From Eledone cirrhosa (lineage: Eukaryota), in NCBI GenBank assembly GCA_964016885.1, contig OZ024756.1:24490001-24554000 (forward strand): a stretch of DNA of 64,000 nucleotides. The letters are read 5' to 3'. Of the stretch, positions 12,546 through 26,829 are shown one piece after another. The notes below the pieces were generated by a model that was not told where the DNA came from, searched no databases, and saw nothing but the letters and a program-made list of their open reading frames with translations. How positions within the stretch are numbered: position 1 is the stretch's first letter; each line of letters begins with the position of its first letter. The position numbers and the translations under genes were made by a program.

Positions 12546-13401
12546 CTGAACAAAAAAGCAGAAAATTGAAGATGATTATCAATGGTTCTATGACAAGAAG
12601 CCTCCCTTAACCCTATTGATACCATCCTTGGGTCTATGAGATGAAGCTGTTCATTTTTAAATGTTTATATCTATAAAAAACAACAACAACCAATTACATA
12701 AAAAACAATGAGATGTTAGGTAAGACTGCCCCTGGTTCTATGATACTAATCTATTTATTTTAAAATGTTTATATCAAACAAAAACCACCCACAATTATAT
12801 GAAAAACAATGAGATCTTAGGCAAGATAATGGCCTCATATTTGTCTGGTTGGCTGTGATACTTCTCAGAATGACAATTATCAGAACCCATATAAAAGATA
12901 AATAAAGTCACAACACAACAATTTCTCTAGTGTTGTGCCATGAAAAATGCACCCAGTGCACCCTGTAAGGTGATTGGTGATAGGAAAGGCATCCGACCAT
13001 AGAAAACTTGACAAAAGAGTGAGAGGACTCTTCAGTTGAGTCAAGGGCACAACAACCTTCCTAATGTTGGTGATTTTTATATATATGATAAATCCACCCG
13101 GTATATGGTGTCAAGTGGTTGGAAATAGGAAGAACATCAAGCTGTAGAAAACATGCTAATCAAGAGGTCAGGGTGGTTCTTCAGTTGTGTTGAAGACATA
13201 ACAGCCTCCCTAGTGTTGGTGCCATGATAAAATGCACTTGATGCAGTCTGGAGAGTGCTGGAACATATGTAAGTAGGAAACGGGGCGCTTGGCCCATCTG
13301 AGAGGTCAGTAGCTCCAATTAAGTACTCTCTTGGTCTGTGATAATCCATCTAATTCTTGCTAACTGGGAAAATGGACATGAACTGAGGATGATGAACATA
13401 C

Positions 13402-13514
13402 CTCCCATATCAAAACCAATGACTGGAAGATCTGATTCTTTCTTATAGGTTGTCATGGCATAACCAACCACTCCTCCAGCGGGACCTGACAGAATAGCTC
13501 GAGCACCATTAAAC
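13402..13514 (-). CDS. OPLAH: 5-oxoprolinase coding exon 8
   Basis: [37 protein letters not shown]; ttctag / GTATGT. Confidence 0.95.
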
Positions 13515-14109
13515 CTAGAAAAAGAAAAAAAAAGTGTTCATTGAAAGAAAGTGCTCAACATCATTCATCATCATCCTCATCACCGTTTAACATTTTCCCA
13601 CGCTAGCATGGGTTAGATGAATTGTCCCATTGTAAGACAAGCCAGGTCAGATGACCGTATCTTGCTCATACAGAAATGATTTGGGCTTGGTTTCTACGGC
13701 TGGATGCCCTCCCTAATGCCAATCACATTTACAGTGTGGGCTGGGCACTTTTTGTCATGTCACTAAAGCAACCACTTTACAGTGTGGACTGGGGGATAGG
13801 TGGGGTAGGTTGCATGGGGATTGGGGAGGTAGATCTAAGGACGTGGCAGAGAGGTGGGGTGTTAGAAGGTGGGTAGTGTGTCAGGACATGGGAAGTGTAT
13901 GGAAAAAGGAAGGGCAAGGTAGGGGAAAGTAGTGCATACTAGATGTATGTTTCAACTCATGCACCTTCATGGGAAGGTGGGTCTTCTGTATTACTGCATA
14001 CCGCCAGAGATCTTGATTATGTAATTTTCCATTATCATACAATTGTATACACTGACAAGCAGAAACTCACCTGGAGAGCAGACTTTCTGTTAGTCTGTAT
14101 AAAACTAAT

Positions 14110-14338
14110 TTAACCCTTTAGCATTTACATTACTCTATATATACTACTGTATTTTCATGGTAAACACTTTATTTCACATAAGTATCTCACATAATATTGA
14201 ATCTGTGGGATCTTGATATTATATACTTTGCAAACAATACCTTAACATCAGTATCAGCAGCCGGTTGTGGCCGGTTTGAACAGAAAGAGGTGAGAGAATT
14301 CTAGCTAGATATGGTCAGTTTAAATACTAAAGGGTTAA
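14110..14338. mobile_element. piggyBac-type MITE (TTAA-flanked, CCCTTTAGCATTT terminal inverted repeats)
   Basis: TTAA-CCCTTTAGCATTTA ... TAAATACTAAAGGG-TTAA; about 220 bp with no ORF. Other copies at about 2692, 21363, 37504, 41960 and a remnant at 7274. Confidence 0.8.
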
Positions 14339-15043
14339 AAAATGAAAAAATGACAACAATCAGCTGACATAGGATATTTTGACAAACTAGCAAACACCTA
14401 AAAAAAAAAACCTATTTATGGCATAAAATAACAAAAGGTATAAAAGCTAATTTTGAAATGTAAACAATGTGGTTGACTTAAGAAGCATTTGACAAATTTG
14501 AAATTTGAGACGTAGTTGTCCCAACTATCATAATAACAGTCCATCATTATAAATAATTGTTTCTACTTTAGGCACAAGGCCAGCAATTACCCAGAGTGCA
14601 TACTGGTACTTTATTTTAGCGACCCCGTAAGGATGAAAGGCAAAAAATAATAGTTGAGAAAATCAGGTAAAGTATCCCTTGGAGATGGAACAAACTGGGC
14701 AGAGGCACCTGTGAGGAACAGAATGATGTACATGTGCCTTTCATCATCATCATTGTTTAATGTCCATTTTCCATGCTAGTATGGGTAGGACAGGTTGACC
14801 CTTTGGGAGAGAGTCAGGTCAAAGGACCGTATTTCGCTCAACCAGGGCTGATTTTGGTTTGGTTTCTACAGCTGGATGCCCTTCCTAACGCCAACCACAT
14901 TTACAGTTTGTCCACTTTTTTCCATCTTCAGGGGTACTTTACCCAATTTTCTCAACTATTTTTTATAGTGATTGACTATTATTATGGTCATTTGCATTAG
15001 AACTACTACTACATTTCCAATCTAGTTAGAAATGTAAACCTAC

Positions 15044-15096
15044 ATGTTCATTGGTGTGAGACCTCCATCAGATTGCATAAATAATGTTCGAACACC
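15044..15096 (-). CDS. OPLAH: 5-oxoprolinase coding exon 7
   Basis: GVRTLFMQSDGGLTPMN(M); ctctag / GTAGGT. Confidence 0.92.
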
Positions 15097-15348
15097 CTAG
15101 AGAGAATAGAAAATAATAAAAAGTTATATAAATCTATGAAAAATACAAAAAAAAATACAAACAACAAAACAAACAATTCATGGGAATTTGTACAAAATCT
15201 AAGATATACTATCAGCCACGAGGAAGTGTAGTGCACTTGGCAGTTTTCAGGGGCCTCTTAGACTGATAGGAAAGTAGGACAAGGAAGAAGCTATCCTGAA
15301 ACTGAAGACCTGGTCTGCATGCTTGTAATAGACAAGACTCCTCTAAAG

Positions 15349-15522
15349 ACCACCTTACAAGGTGGACTGGGTGCTTTTTGTTGTGTCACCAGCATGACCA
15401 TCTTACATGGTGGACAGGGAGTATTTTATGGTGTCACCAGCATGACCATCTTACATGGTGGACAGGGAGTATTTTATGGTGTCACCAGCAGAACCACCTT
15501 ACAGGGTGGACAGGGAGTATTT
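15349..15522. repeat. 48-bp minisatellite, about 3.5 copies
   Basis: Unit ACCATCTTACATGGTGGACAGGGAGTATTTTATGGTGTCACCAGCATG. Confidence 0.85.
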
Positions 15523-15537
15523 AGTATTTGTCTTTAC

Positions 15538-15617
15538 CTTCAATTGGTCTTTAAAACCGTCTGCAAAACTGGCAATGTATTTCTTTACACATGGAGTGAG
15601 ATAAGCATCAGCACAGG
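15538..15617 (-). CDS. OPLAH: 5-oxoprolinase coding exon 6
   Basis: (A)CADAYLTPCVKKYIASFADGFKDQLK; ccacag / GTAAAG. Confidence 0.93.
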
Positions 15618-16215
15618 CTGTGGAAAAACAAAACAAAAACATCATCATCATCATCATCCTAATCACCACCTCTCCAGGTCTGAACACAGCCAATTTCTTC
15701 AAGAGAAGGATAGAGAGTGAGAGAGAGAGCAAGTGAGAAAGAGATATAGAGATAGAATCGACCTTAGTACTAGACTGGTACTTTTTTTTTTATTGATCTT
15801 GAAAGCAGGATTTGAACTCACAGAGCAGAGAACCAGAACGAATACCATAAAGCATCCTGTCTGATGTTCTAATAACTCTGCCAATTCACCGCTTAGCTAC
15901 GCTGCACTGCACTGGCTTCATATTGGGTAAATATAATCCAAGATTTAACCATTTCTGTAAAGATGTGAAGGTCATTGTAAGAAGGCTTTTGAATATAGGT
16001 CTCCTTGACTAGGAGACTAAATAACTGTTTCTACTTTTGGCCAGCAATTATCCCAGTGCATTACTGGTACTTTATTTTATCGACCCCGTAAGGATAAAAA
16101 GCAAAGCTAACCTCAGCGGGATTTGAACTCGGACCATAAAGGGCTGTAACTATGTAGGAGACGAAACAACAACATGTATTTCAGAAAAAAAATGATGAAA
16201 GAGAAGAGAATATAC

Positions 16216-16331
16216 CTGTGTAACCACGGAGAACAATTTTAACCATTGGTATTACATCGGATGACAATGAAATGTGCTCGAAACCAGTCTCTTTGGCAAG
16301 TTTTTCTACCTGTTCCTCATGATCTGAATAT
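16216..16331 (-). CDS. OPLAH: 5-oxoprolinase coding exon 5
   Basis: [38 protein letters not shown]; ttacag / GTATAT. Confidence 0.93.
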
Positions 16332-17051
16332 CTGTAACATACAATAAAATACTTGAAATAACTCTCCTACACTGTACTATATATATAATTTGGTAGAGAA
16401 AAAACAACTGGAAGCCTTAGGAATCTAATGCTAGTATGTGTTAGTAAAATTGATAAAAATTGATCGTGTCATTAGAGTGTAAGACAAAATACTATATAAA
16501 CTATGTGTATGTAAAAACACTATATAAAACTGTGTATATAAAAACACTATATAAACACTATGTGCATATACAAACACACTTCAGAGAAGTAGTGGCTCTA
16601 CCTGGAGTGACTCTCTGATCTCCGAGCTACGCACTCTATCAAATAATGTTACTCCAAAGACCCTTCAGAGGAGCCCCATTTCCGCCGCTTGTATTCGCGA
16701 TCGTATTCTTTTGGTCATTACTCAAGATTCATGACCATAGGTAAGGGTTGGAAGAAATACCAAATTGAAGATAGCGAGTTTGACTTTTACGCCTAACTGC
16801 CTATTTTTGATTACTGAAGCTGGCGCATTACTGCACCAGCTTCTGCAATCCTTTCACTTAATTCAACCTTAATTCTAACTTGCCTCAATAGGGACAACTT
16901 GTCTAACTCATGCTAGCATGTAAAAATGGACATTAGTAAACATATTTTATATAAACATTTAAAATAACAAACTGGGTTTTAGATATTTTCTGCTAAATCA
17001 TTACAGAGTGTTAAGAGTTAAAGAAATACAAACCAGAAAACAACAACTTAC

Positions 17052-17158
17052 GTGTAAGAATGCATAAGAATGACAGCCAGGCTTCTAATTCCTCGATTGT
17101 AGACAGAAACCAAGTCTTGCTTCAGCTTCTCAGTATTTATTTCTGACCATTCATGTAA
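17052..17158 (-). CDS. OPLAH: 5-oxoprolinase coding exon 4
   Basis: LHEWSEINTEKLKQDLVSVYNRGIRSLAVILMHSY(T); ttacag / GTAAGT. Confidence 0.93.
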
Positions 17159-17559
17159 CTGTAAGATGCAGAAAATCATGAATGACAAAGCAAGCAAACA
17201 AACGAAAAAAAAGTATATATAAATATATATATCGTCATCTCTAAATGCAAAACTGTTTCTGATGGAGGACAGGTGACAACCAAGTTTTCAGTGTTGCTTT
17301 CTTTGTTTTTGTTTTCCATTCTTTTATTGCCCCTATCCTTCACTATTTTTGTCCCATATATATGTGTTCAATATGTAGAAAGAGAGTAGGCATATACTCA
17401 ATACGATGTACGCGATGTAAATCTTGGGTACACAAGAGATGTAGTGGAATAACGAATAAGCTAACAGGAAGGGAAGACTTTGTTTGTAGAGGATGAACAG
17501 GGGTAACCAAGGGGAAGATAACCAATATTGTTAGCCTATTCCAGTCACAGGAAGAACCC

Positions 17560-18132
17560 ATAAAAGTGGTTGATAGCTTCTGCTATCTAGACAAAATAAT
17601 TAGCAATGGAGTGTGAGAGGGGTGCGCTGAAAGCATAATAGCTAGAATAAGAATAGGATGGAAAAGTGCTACTCCCTCTGTTGACTACAAAAAGCTTTTC
17701 CATATGTACAGAAGGACGACTGTATGATGCATGTGAACAAAGTGCGACACTGTGCATTGTAGTGAAACATGGACTGTGACTGCAGAGGACGTGTGTAGAC
17801 TGAAGAGAAACGAAGCAACCATGCTCCATTGGATGTGCAATGTAAGTGTGAGAGAGAGGCAGAGCTTGGACGAATTGAAGGTGAAGCTGGGTTTAATAGG
17901 AAGTCGAAGTTTGGACATGTGATGCACATGGACAATAATCATTAGGTGAAGAAGTGCCAGTGGAAGAAAGTAGCGGTAGAGGTAGACCAAGAAAGACCTG
18001 CGCAGAGGTTGTGAGAGCTGACCTCAAATCATCTGAAACTCAGAGGACCGCAACATGTGGATAGATGCTGTGCTGAGAAGGACTCATCCAACCCATGCAT
18101 GCGTGGAAAAGCGAACGTAAAAATGATGATGA
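17560..18132 (+). mobile_element. Degenerate RTE-type LINE 3' region with (GAT)n tail
   Basis: VVDSFCYL...IARIRIGWK, RLYDAC and RLKRNEATMLHWMCNVSV motifs; homologous to 34980-35690. Confidence 0.7.
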
Positions 18133-18218
18133 ATGTATAATACATTAAACAACTGCATGTGTATCATATTCAGGGTACACAAGTGAAAGTTATTGTTTTA
18201 CAAGTACAGTTACTTATA

Positions 18219-18402
18219 AATAATTGTTTCTACTTTTTGGCACAAGGCCAGCAATTATCCCAGTACATTACTGGTACTTTATTTTATCGACCCCGTAAGG
18301 ATGAAAGGCAAAGTCAACCTCGGCAGGATTTGAACTCAGATCGTAAAGGGACGTAACTATGCTGGAAAGCATGGCGTCCGATCCTCTACCGATACTGCCA
18401 AA
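18219..18402 (-). mobile_element. tRNA-derived SINE, near full length
   Basis: Reverse complement of the 54703 copy; a second copy follows at about 18442-18590. Confidence 0.9.
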
Positions 18403-19299
18403 TATTGAAGACAAACATTCTTACCTATAAACTGTAGAATTATAATTGTTTCTAATTTTGGCACAAGGCCAGCAATTACCCAGTTCATTACTGGTACTTT
18501 ATTTTATCGACCCCGTAAGGATGAAAGGCAAAGTTAACCTCGGCGGGATTTGAACTCAGATCGTAAAGGGACGTAACTCTTTGCGTCAAAGCATATACAC
18601 ACATGCATATATATATACATACATACATGCACATACACACGCATATATATATATACATACACACGCATATATACACACACACACATATATATATATACAC
18701 ACACACATGCATATGTATAACCCATGTTAGTGTGGAAGATGGACGTTAAACGATGATGATGATGATATACATATATACCATATCACCATTCATCATCACT
18801 GTTTAACGGCCATTTGCCCCACTAGCATAGGTTATATATATAGTGTTGTGTGTGTATAGCTGTATGTGTATGTATATGTGTATATATATATGCACACACA
18901 CACATATATACATACATCTACACATACACTGATAACAATAGTGAAGAGGTGTGAAGAAAGTGACAGGCTGACCTTGTTCTAAAACTAATGAATAATTCAT
19001 CAACTTGGAAATCTTGAGATAAGAAGAAATAATTAATTGGAATAATTCACTGGCATGCAGGTAAAACTAGTAGGAGAGGTAAGAGGGAATCAGTAGGAGA
19101 GGGGAAGTAGGTGGTATGTCTAAAGCAGTCAAGGGCCTCATGCAGGCTGCGAAGCTTTCTGATGGTTCGCCTAAGTCACCTAAGTGAAATCTTTCTGATT
19201 TTTTTACCAAAACTTTTCAGTCATAATTCATCTTTCTATCATTTTTATGATTGAGGAAAACAACTTGTATGAATTCTGAAGAAACAAATCAAAACAACC

Positions 19300-19409
19300 T
19301 GAGTTACCGCCCTTTTTTTATGTGGGCACGAATGTAAACTAGCGCTTGCGGCCTGCCTGATGAGCCATATCTCATGCGGGCCGCTTCTCAAAAAGGTTGC
19401 CCATGCCTG
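19300..19409 (-). mobile_element. hAT-like (Charlie-type) non-autonomous element terminus
   Basis: Minus strand TAGAC-CAGGCATGGGCAAC...GCGGCCCGC resembles hAT-Charlie MITE ends; the other end was not confidently located. Confidence 0.45.
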
Positions 19410-20559
19410 GTCTAAAGTCTGTCTCGTGCCCACTGGCTCATAAGGCTTATCCCAGTTTCCATGGTGTGAAGCGACTGAGAGTATAAGACCCCATCCTGGA
19501 CAGGACACCAATCCATTGCAGGGTTAAACCCGCCTCAGCTCAAGAACACAACACACAACCCAGTCCTAGAATCGAACCCACAACATTGTGTTCGTAAGTT
19601 CAACACCCTTACCACTAGAACACATGCCTCCAGATGGTATGAGCAGTGGAATAATTCACTTGTATTCAGGTTAAATAAGTGGAAGAGGGTGGTAGGTGAA
19701 CAGATGGTATGAATATGATTATGAAAGAGCTTAATCACAATGACTTTTAGTTCTTTTGTTTTGATGTTAGCTTTAAGTACATCATGTGAATTCAATATGG
19801 TTGGCTGGTTAATGTGTAGCAAAATCTCTTCCACACACTGACCCCCAAATGACATCTAGCTGTAATTTCTCTTTTATCTGTGTTGGTGTCAGTGGTCTGG
19901 ACTGGTTGGTCAGCTCGAGGTGAAAGTGAGATAAGTTCTTCCTTCGTCTCAATTGCCTATGGTAACTCAGAAGAGAAGCATCACCAGAGATATGTAAAAT
20001 TTATCAAGCCCTGTTGACAAGGGCCCAACAGCAATTCTACCATCAGCATTTCAACTACACAGATAATCATACAGCTCCTTTGTACTGCGAGCTTACTGCT
20101 ACCTATGCTGGTATGTACATCCTGAAATAACTTGTCACTTTGTAATCAAACGTGCCATATCTGTTTCCACTTTTGGCACAAGGCCAGCAATTATCCCAGT
20201 GCATTACTGGTACTTTATTTTATCGCCGCCGTAAGGATGAAAGGCAAAGCTAACCTCGGCGGGATTTCAACTCAGAGCATAAATTATTGTATTTGATTTG
20301 TTTATCATCTTCAACAATAGCCACTAACTTCACTTCAAATGTGTGTGCATCACAATTATTTGATCCTAAGTTTAATCTCACTATTTGTCATTTTTACCAT
20401 AACCTCAGATCAACCCTTGCCTTGGGAGTGAAATTTGGTAGAAGGGAACCGTTTGGAAGCACATTAGATGGACTATACTTGATATATTATGATAGATTTT
20501 AGATAAATATAAACACTTAAAAACAGTGTCAGATTGAGGCAGTTTGGTATGAAAAGAGT

Positions 20560-20833
20560 TAGCATATATGACAGGTGTAGTGTAGTATGAGCTGTGAGTA
20601 AAATATAGCTGTTGACTGATTGCTCTCACCTTTATACCTATAACCCTGTCACATATATGACAGGTATAGTGTAGTATGAGCTGTGAGTAACATATAGTTG
20701 TTGGCTGATTGCTCTCACATTTTTACCGGCAATACCTGTCACATATATGACAGGTATAGTGTAGCATGAGCTGTGAGTAAAATATAGTTGTTGACTGATT
20801 GCTCTCACCTTTTCGCCTGTAATACCTGTGACA
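20560..20833. repeat. ~90-bp tandem triplication spanning the OPLAH exon 3 donor
   Basis: Three copies of CATATATGACAGGTRTAGTGTAG...GATTGCTCTCAC...CCTGT. Confidence 0.9.
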
Positions 20834-20934
20834 ACTTTACAGTCCAGTCCCATTTTGCAGTTATCTTGCTTTAACAGCATCCGTTCTTCAACTTCAATGA
20901 CTTCTTCATACAGAACTTCAGGTGTAGTTATCTC
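20809..20934 (-). CDS. OPLAH: 5-oxoprolinase coding exon 3
   Basis: EITTPEVLYEEVIEVEERM...VTGITGEK; ttacag / GTGAGA. Confidence 0.93.
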
Positions 20935-21362
20935 CTGTAAATAAACACAATGGATTATAGATAAATACATAGAGAGAGAATTCACTCGACAAGATCCCAG
21001 ACCTCATTCACTTACCAAGTGGGGTGGACCATGTCAAATCAGACCAAGGAAACAATGTTTCCATTGGTTTTTTCCATTTTTGACACTATCTACCAGTTGC
21101 AACTTCTGACACAAACAACAATGGGAAATAAAGTGTCTTGCTCAAGAACATAACACATCACGTAGTCCGGGAATCGAACTCGCAACCTCACAGTTGTGAA
21201 TCAAATTCTGTAAACACTAAGTCACAAGAAAAATATGAGATTGTTATCATCAACATTTCATATTTTTTTCCATGCTGGCATGGGTTGGACAAGTCATCAC
21301 AATCAAGTTAGTACTTAATCGAAGTTACTATCCACCTACATGGGCTGAGGATGATGTCTCAT

Positions 21363-21578
21363 TTAACCCTTTAGCATTTACATTACTCTATATTTACTAT
21401 TGTATTTTCACAGTAAAGGCTTTATCTCACATAATATCGAATCTATGAGATTTTGATATTACTCATTTTGAAAAAAATACCTTAACATCAGTATGAACGA
21501 CCAGTAACAGCTGGTTTGAACAGAAAGAGGTGAAAGAATTCTGGCCAGATACGGCCGGTTTGAATGCTAAAGGGTTAT
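21363..21578. mobile_element. piggyBac-type MITE copy
   Basis: TTAACCCTTTAGCATTT ... AATGCTAAAGGGTTAT; same internal sequence as the 14110 copy. Confidence 0.8.
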
Positions 21579-23359
21579 ACAAATTCTTGTTTTGGCATGG
21601 TTTCTACAGATGTATGGCTTTCCTAACACTACTTGATACACTGTGTATTGAATACATTTTATCATGATACCTACACTAGGGAGATTAAGTCCTTGACATG
21701 ACTGAAGAATCCTCTCAACCCTTTGTTTGGCAAGTTTTTTACAGATGGATGCTCTTCTATTAACCACTTTACAGAGTGTACTAGGTGCATTCTATGATTG
21801 TCACCAACACTAGAGAAGTTTTCATGCACTCTAAGAGTTCAATCATCCTTGACACTGCCAACCACATTGCAGATGTATGATTATATAAATATATATCAGC
21901 TAACAGAGCTGATGATAGATAAGAAACAGTGTTGATAATAGATTATATACATATATAAATATTTAGCAGTTAAAAGGATAGATAAGATATGCAAGTGTGG
22001 AATATGGACGATGATGATGATGATGATGATGATATATATATATATATCAGTTTAAAGTGTTGATAGATGATTAAGGAAAAAATATGTTTGAACGACAGGA
22101 AAACATATATGCAGTGTATTGTAGAAATACATCTAACATAAATGACATGTTTATAGTTTTATTCATATTTGACCCGGGAGGGGGTGAAAACCAAACCAAA
22201 CAGTGAGTGTGTTTTACTAGTTTTTGGCAACATTATAGGACAGCATGACGCTCATCAAGTATAACAAAAATATTTAACTCCAAACTATAAAATCTAAACA
22301 AACTAAATGATTTATGTAGTTGGTGTTGTCTTTGTTGTAGCTGTAATTGTTTTTATAGTTCAGAGGGTCTCAAAGCCCCCCCCCCCATCCTCCCCGGGGG
22401 GACACATTGAGATGGTCCAAGGAGGAAGGTGGGGGTTGCAGTAGAGATGATATAATAATATATTAAATATCAAATGATACATATTATATACAAATATAGT
22501 AAAATAAAAAATATATATAATATTTATTTATACATAGTATATATATATTATATAATTTATTATATATAAGTTAACGATTTTATTTATTATATATTATTTA
22601 CAATTTGCGTGGAAATAGGGTTGGAGGCGCACTGAAGGTATTACGAGGCTGTGAGGGGGGGGGGGGGGGGGCAAAAGTTTGAGAACGTCTATTGTAGTTG
22701 GTGTTGTCTTTGTTGTAGCATAGTTGTTATTGTTGTTGTAGTTGGTGCTGTTGTTTAGCCATAGGATGACCTGGAGCAAGCAAACCTATGATCAAAAATA
22801 TTCTAAAAACTGGGATGTGTGTGTGTCTGTGAGTGTGCATGTGACTGTTTGTATGTGTGTATGTGTATCTCTGTGTGTATGTGTGTATCTGTGAGTATCT
22901 GTGTGAGTATCTGTGTGTATGAGTATATGTGTGTGTCCCTATGTCTATGTTTACGTTTGTGTCTTATTTATCTCCATTAATTTTGTAGTTTAACGAAACA
23001 AAAAAAAAAAAAAAAATGTACCCGACTTGAAAAACTAAGAACTTGTGTCAATATGATCAACTAAGTCTAGATGGTGCTCCAGCATGGCCACAGTGTAATG
23101 ACTAAAACCAATAAAAGGTTAACAATAGTATTTTATTGAGCAATGCATTAACTACAGTTGCCTGCATCATTGTTTTATGTCTACTGTTCCATGCTTTCAT
23201 GGTTTGGATGGATACCTCCACTTGTTGCAGTCTTTCATCATCTCCTCTGTTAACTGCAGTGATTTGAGATCAGCTCTCACAACCTCTGCCTAGGTCTCCC
23301 TTGGTGTCCATGTTAAAAACAACAACAAAAAGGTAAAGAAAAAAAGTTCTTACACTTAC

Positions 23360-23551
23360 CAAATCAAAGATATTTGGTCTGGATTGATTACCAATATACA
23401 ACAAATCCTTAAAGCCCTTGGTAATAACCAAGGCAATCCTCTCTCCTTTGCGTTCTAGTAAGGCATTAGTTGCTACAGTAGTACCCATGCGTATCCAGTC
23501 AATACAGCTGGTATCCAGTGGTTTGTTTGCAGGTATGGGATGACCAGTTTC
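23360..23551 (-). CDS. OPLAH: 5-oxoprolinase coding exon 2
   Basis: ETGHPIP...[23 protein letters not shown]...PNIFDL; ttacag acceptor, GTAAGT donor. Confidence 0.96.
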
Positions 23552-24567
23552 CTGTAACAGAAAAAAACCCAAAAGTATTGACCATTTCATACCAAACTGC
23601 CTGAAACCATCCCTCATTCTATATTTCTTCTTCACTCACATATTTCTGAAAGGATTGTTGGGACAGAGTCCTCAAATACTCCTTCCAGCAAGTCCTATCA
23701 GAAGTAAACATCTCCAGTTGATCTAGCTGGATCCCCAAGTGAAACTAGCTGAGCTCATGGATGTTATCCAACCATCTTGCTCAGGGTCTACCCTTGGGTG
23801 GTTTTGCCCGTAAAATCTGTCCAGCTATTCTTTTCTGAGACATTCTGACCACATACCCATCATATCAGAGTTTGATCTCTCAATTTAGAGAAGCACCAGC
23901 TCTACCTGCAGCAACTCTCTATGATACAGAAGTATTTATTTTAAGGTGCTTGCATTTATCTTCCATCATAATTTGATGTAAGAACCTTTGTTCTTATATT
24001 CTAAAGTATACATATTTGAAATGTGGTGGTCCCAAAGCAAATGACAATAATAATAGTTATAATAGTTTAAAAAATTAGGTAAAGTACTCCCTAGAGATGG
24101 GAAAATTGTATAGGGGTACTTTATCAGACTTACTCAAATATTGATATTTATCGACTAATATATATATATACGATGGACTTTCCTGTCAATTGTGATGTAT
24201 AAGAAACTGAACAGCCTACTCAGTTCATTCAGTTTTAATGTTTATGTCAGGCATGACATTTTAGTCCTGCCAAGGATTTGCAAGCAAGTCCATAGATCAT
24301 GCAAAGGTGAGGAGTTCTGGACAATGTTGCTGGTATGTTTGATAATGCTTTTTCTCCTCCTTCTTGCAGCCTATGGTTACAACTGGACTTGAAGTCCCTG
24401 ATCCCATTATGATACACAGATCTTCATTTATTCTGCTGTAGGGCCACTTGCTAAAATGTCTCATAAGGTATATTGGCTTCTGAAAGATTGTTCGCCAGCT
24501 TGTCTTTGTACCCGAGCTATATATATGGCTCGGGTACAAAGTGTGTATATATATGGCTCAGGTACAA

Positions 24568-24623
<56 letters not shown>

Positions 24624-26009
24624 TACATATACATATTGAGTGAGCACTCAAAACAATGTAAGTAGAATGAAGACTTTACTTTACAAAGAAAATGTTATCA
24701 GTAACTTCGAAGTTTCTGCCTTGATGCCTTTCGGACTCCATCAAAAAGGCCGAAATTGCCTCATCAAATAAATCTGACTATTTTCTTTATAAAATAAATC
24801 TTATTCTCTCCACCTGATAGGTATGTAGGTAGGTAGATAAATAGATAGATGTGTAGGTAAGTAGATAGATAGATAGATAGATAGGTAAAGAGATGTGTAT
24901 GTAGGTAGGTTGACAGATAGGTAATTTGTTAAGTATGTAAATAGATATATTTCTTTATTTGCCACAAGGGCGCACAAGAAAAGGGGACAATACAAGGACA
25001 TATACCGGGGATTTTACATACAATCGTGTAAAAAATTTTTTTAAACAAATTAAACAATCGAAATCCCCAATAGGGGGAAGGCGTTACAAATGGGTTGTTT
25101 AATACCCCACAGATAGAACAACCCTCAACTCCAGGAGCGTGTTAAGTATGTAAATAGATATCTTTCTTTAAATAGATAAGTGGTTAGATAGATACGTCGT
25201 TAGACATATCTATAGATATGAAATCCTTAGTTATATACCTAAGACCATTATTCAATAAATACCCTATTACAATGTAAAGGGGCGGGTGGATTTCTATAGG
25301 TGTTACTCGAAACTGATTATTCACAAATACAGCTAATATTTAAATAATATCATACGTCCCTTTACGGTTTGAGTTCAAATCCCGCCGAGATTAACTTTGC
25401 ATTTTATCCTTACGGGGTTGATAAAATAAAGTACCAGTAATCCACTGTGATAATTGCTGGCCTTATGCCAAAAGTAGAAACAATTATGCTGTCGAAACAG
25501 CATGAGTTCAGCCGTTGGGCCCCGACTGTCTAATATATATATGGGTATGTTCTGTGTTTACGTCTACCTCTGTATTTTTTTACCTTAAACATATCTCTCA
25601 TATCTTCTACCTATAACTACATAAACACATTGAGCTTTGTATAAAACTATTTGGCAATCATATACTCTCCTATATAGCTCTCTACATTCAAATAGAATTA
25701 TATTTTGACTTTTGCTTTATATATATATACATATAAAGAAAGAAAAATTACGAAGTTTCGTTTACGCGGCCTATGAATCGAGTGCTCATCGGGTACCCCC
25801 ATCAGAAATTAACTATATACACACACATACATATGTGTATATATATATCGAAGATGCAAGGTAAATCCGACTCTTCTGATCACAATATATATTTATATAT
25901 TGTTTGATAGAAACATAACATGCTTTCACAGACACGAGTTGCCGGTTGTTGTAAAGGAAGTAGAGGTTTCGGTAAGGCGAATCGTATAGAAACAAACAGA
26001 CATACATAC

Positions 26010-26183
26010 CTTTTCAATAATTCTCCGAATTCCTTCGGTAGGAGCATCCTTATAGTGTTCAGGATCAACAGAGAGAAGCTTGAGAACCGAGATGGAACCA
26101 TTCGGTGTGCGAGCAAAGACATCGGTAAATGTACCACCACGGTCAATAGCAAATTGAAACTTACCGGAGCCTTTAGTTTGCAT
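26010..26183 (-). CDS. OPLAH: 5-oxoprolinase coding exon 1
   Basis: ATG at 26183; [27 protein letters not shown]...[13 protein letters not shown]; donor GTATGT, phase 0. Confidence 0.95.
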
Positions 26184-26829
26184 TTCTGTTGATTCAAACA
26201 AGCCTAACTTCTTTTAAGAAGTTCTCGTATTATCTTTATTTTTTAAATACAGGAGATTTAAGTTTAGTTAATTACCCGGTTAGCAAACATTAGCAGCTGG
26301 TTTATCTTACTTCTTTAATAGTTGTGAATGAAATAAATAACAATAACAGCCAACCAGGCATACAGCCAGTCAAACCAGAAACAGATTAGATAAAGTCAAC
26401 GAGGTTAGGTATTAAAATATGGAAGGCAGGAAGTGACAAAAATAAAAAATGAAACAAAGTTATCAATATGTATCTCTTTGTATGTCTGTCTCTCTTGCAC
26501 ACACACACACACTCACTTTCTCTCTCTGTTCCTCTTGCGCACACACACACTATTTGTTCCTCTTGCATACACACACATTGTTCTCCCCCCCCCCTTCTTT
26601 ATCTCCGACCCTGTCTTTTTTGTGCACACACACAGTATCCCTCTTACGCACACATTGTTCCTCTCTCACACATAACTATGACGAGATAACTGCGGTAAGA
26701 AAAAAATATTAGATAAGCTTAGTGTATGTGTGAAAGCGAGAGAGAGAGAGAGAGGGGGAGGGGGGTGTATGTGTGTGTATGAGTGAGAGGACGTGTATAT
26801 ACAAGAGAAGGGGTGTGAGAGAGAAGGTA

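Noticed and set aside
26184-26201. TTG start given by the ORF track for OPLAH (and GTG/TTG starts elsewhere)
   Set aside because: Eukaryotic locus; the ATG at 26183 matches the expected OPLAH N-terminus.
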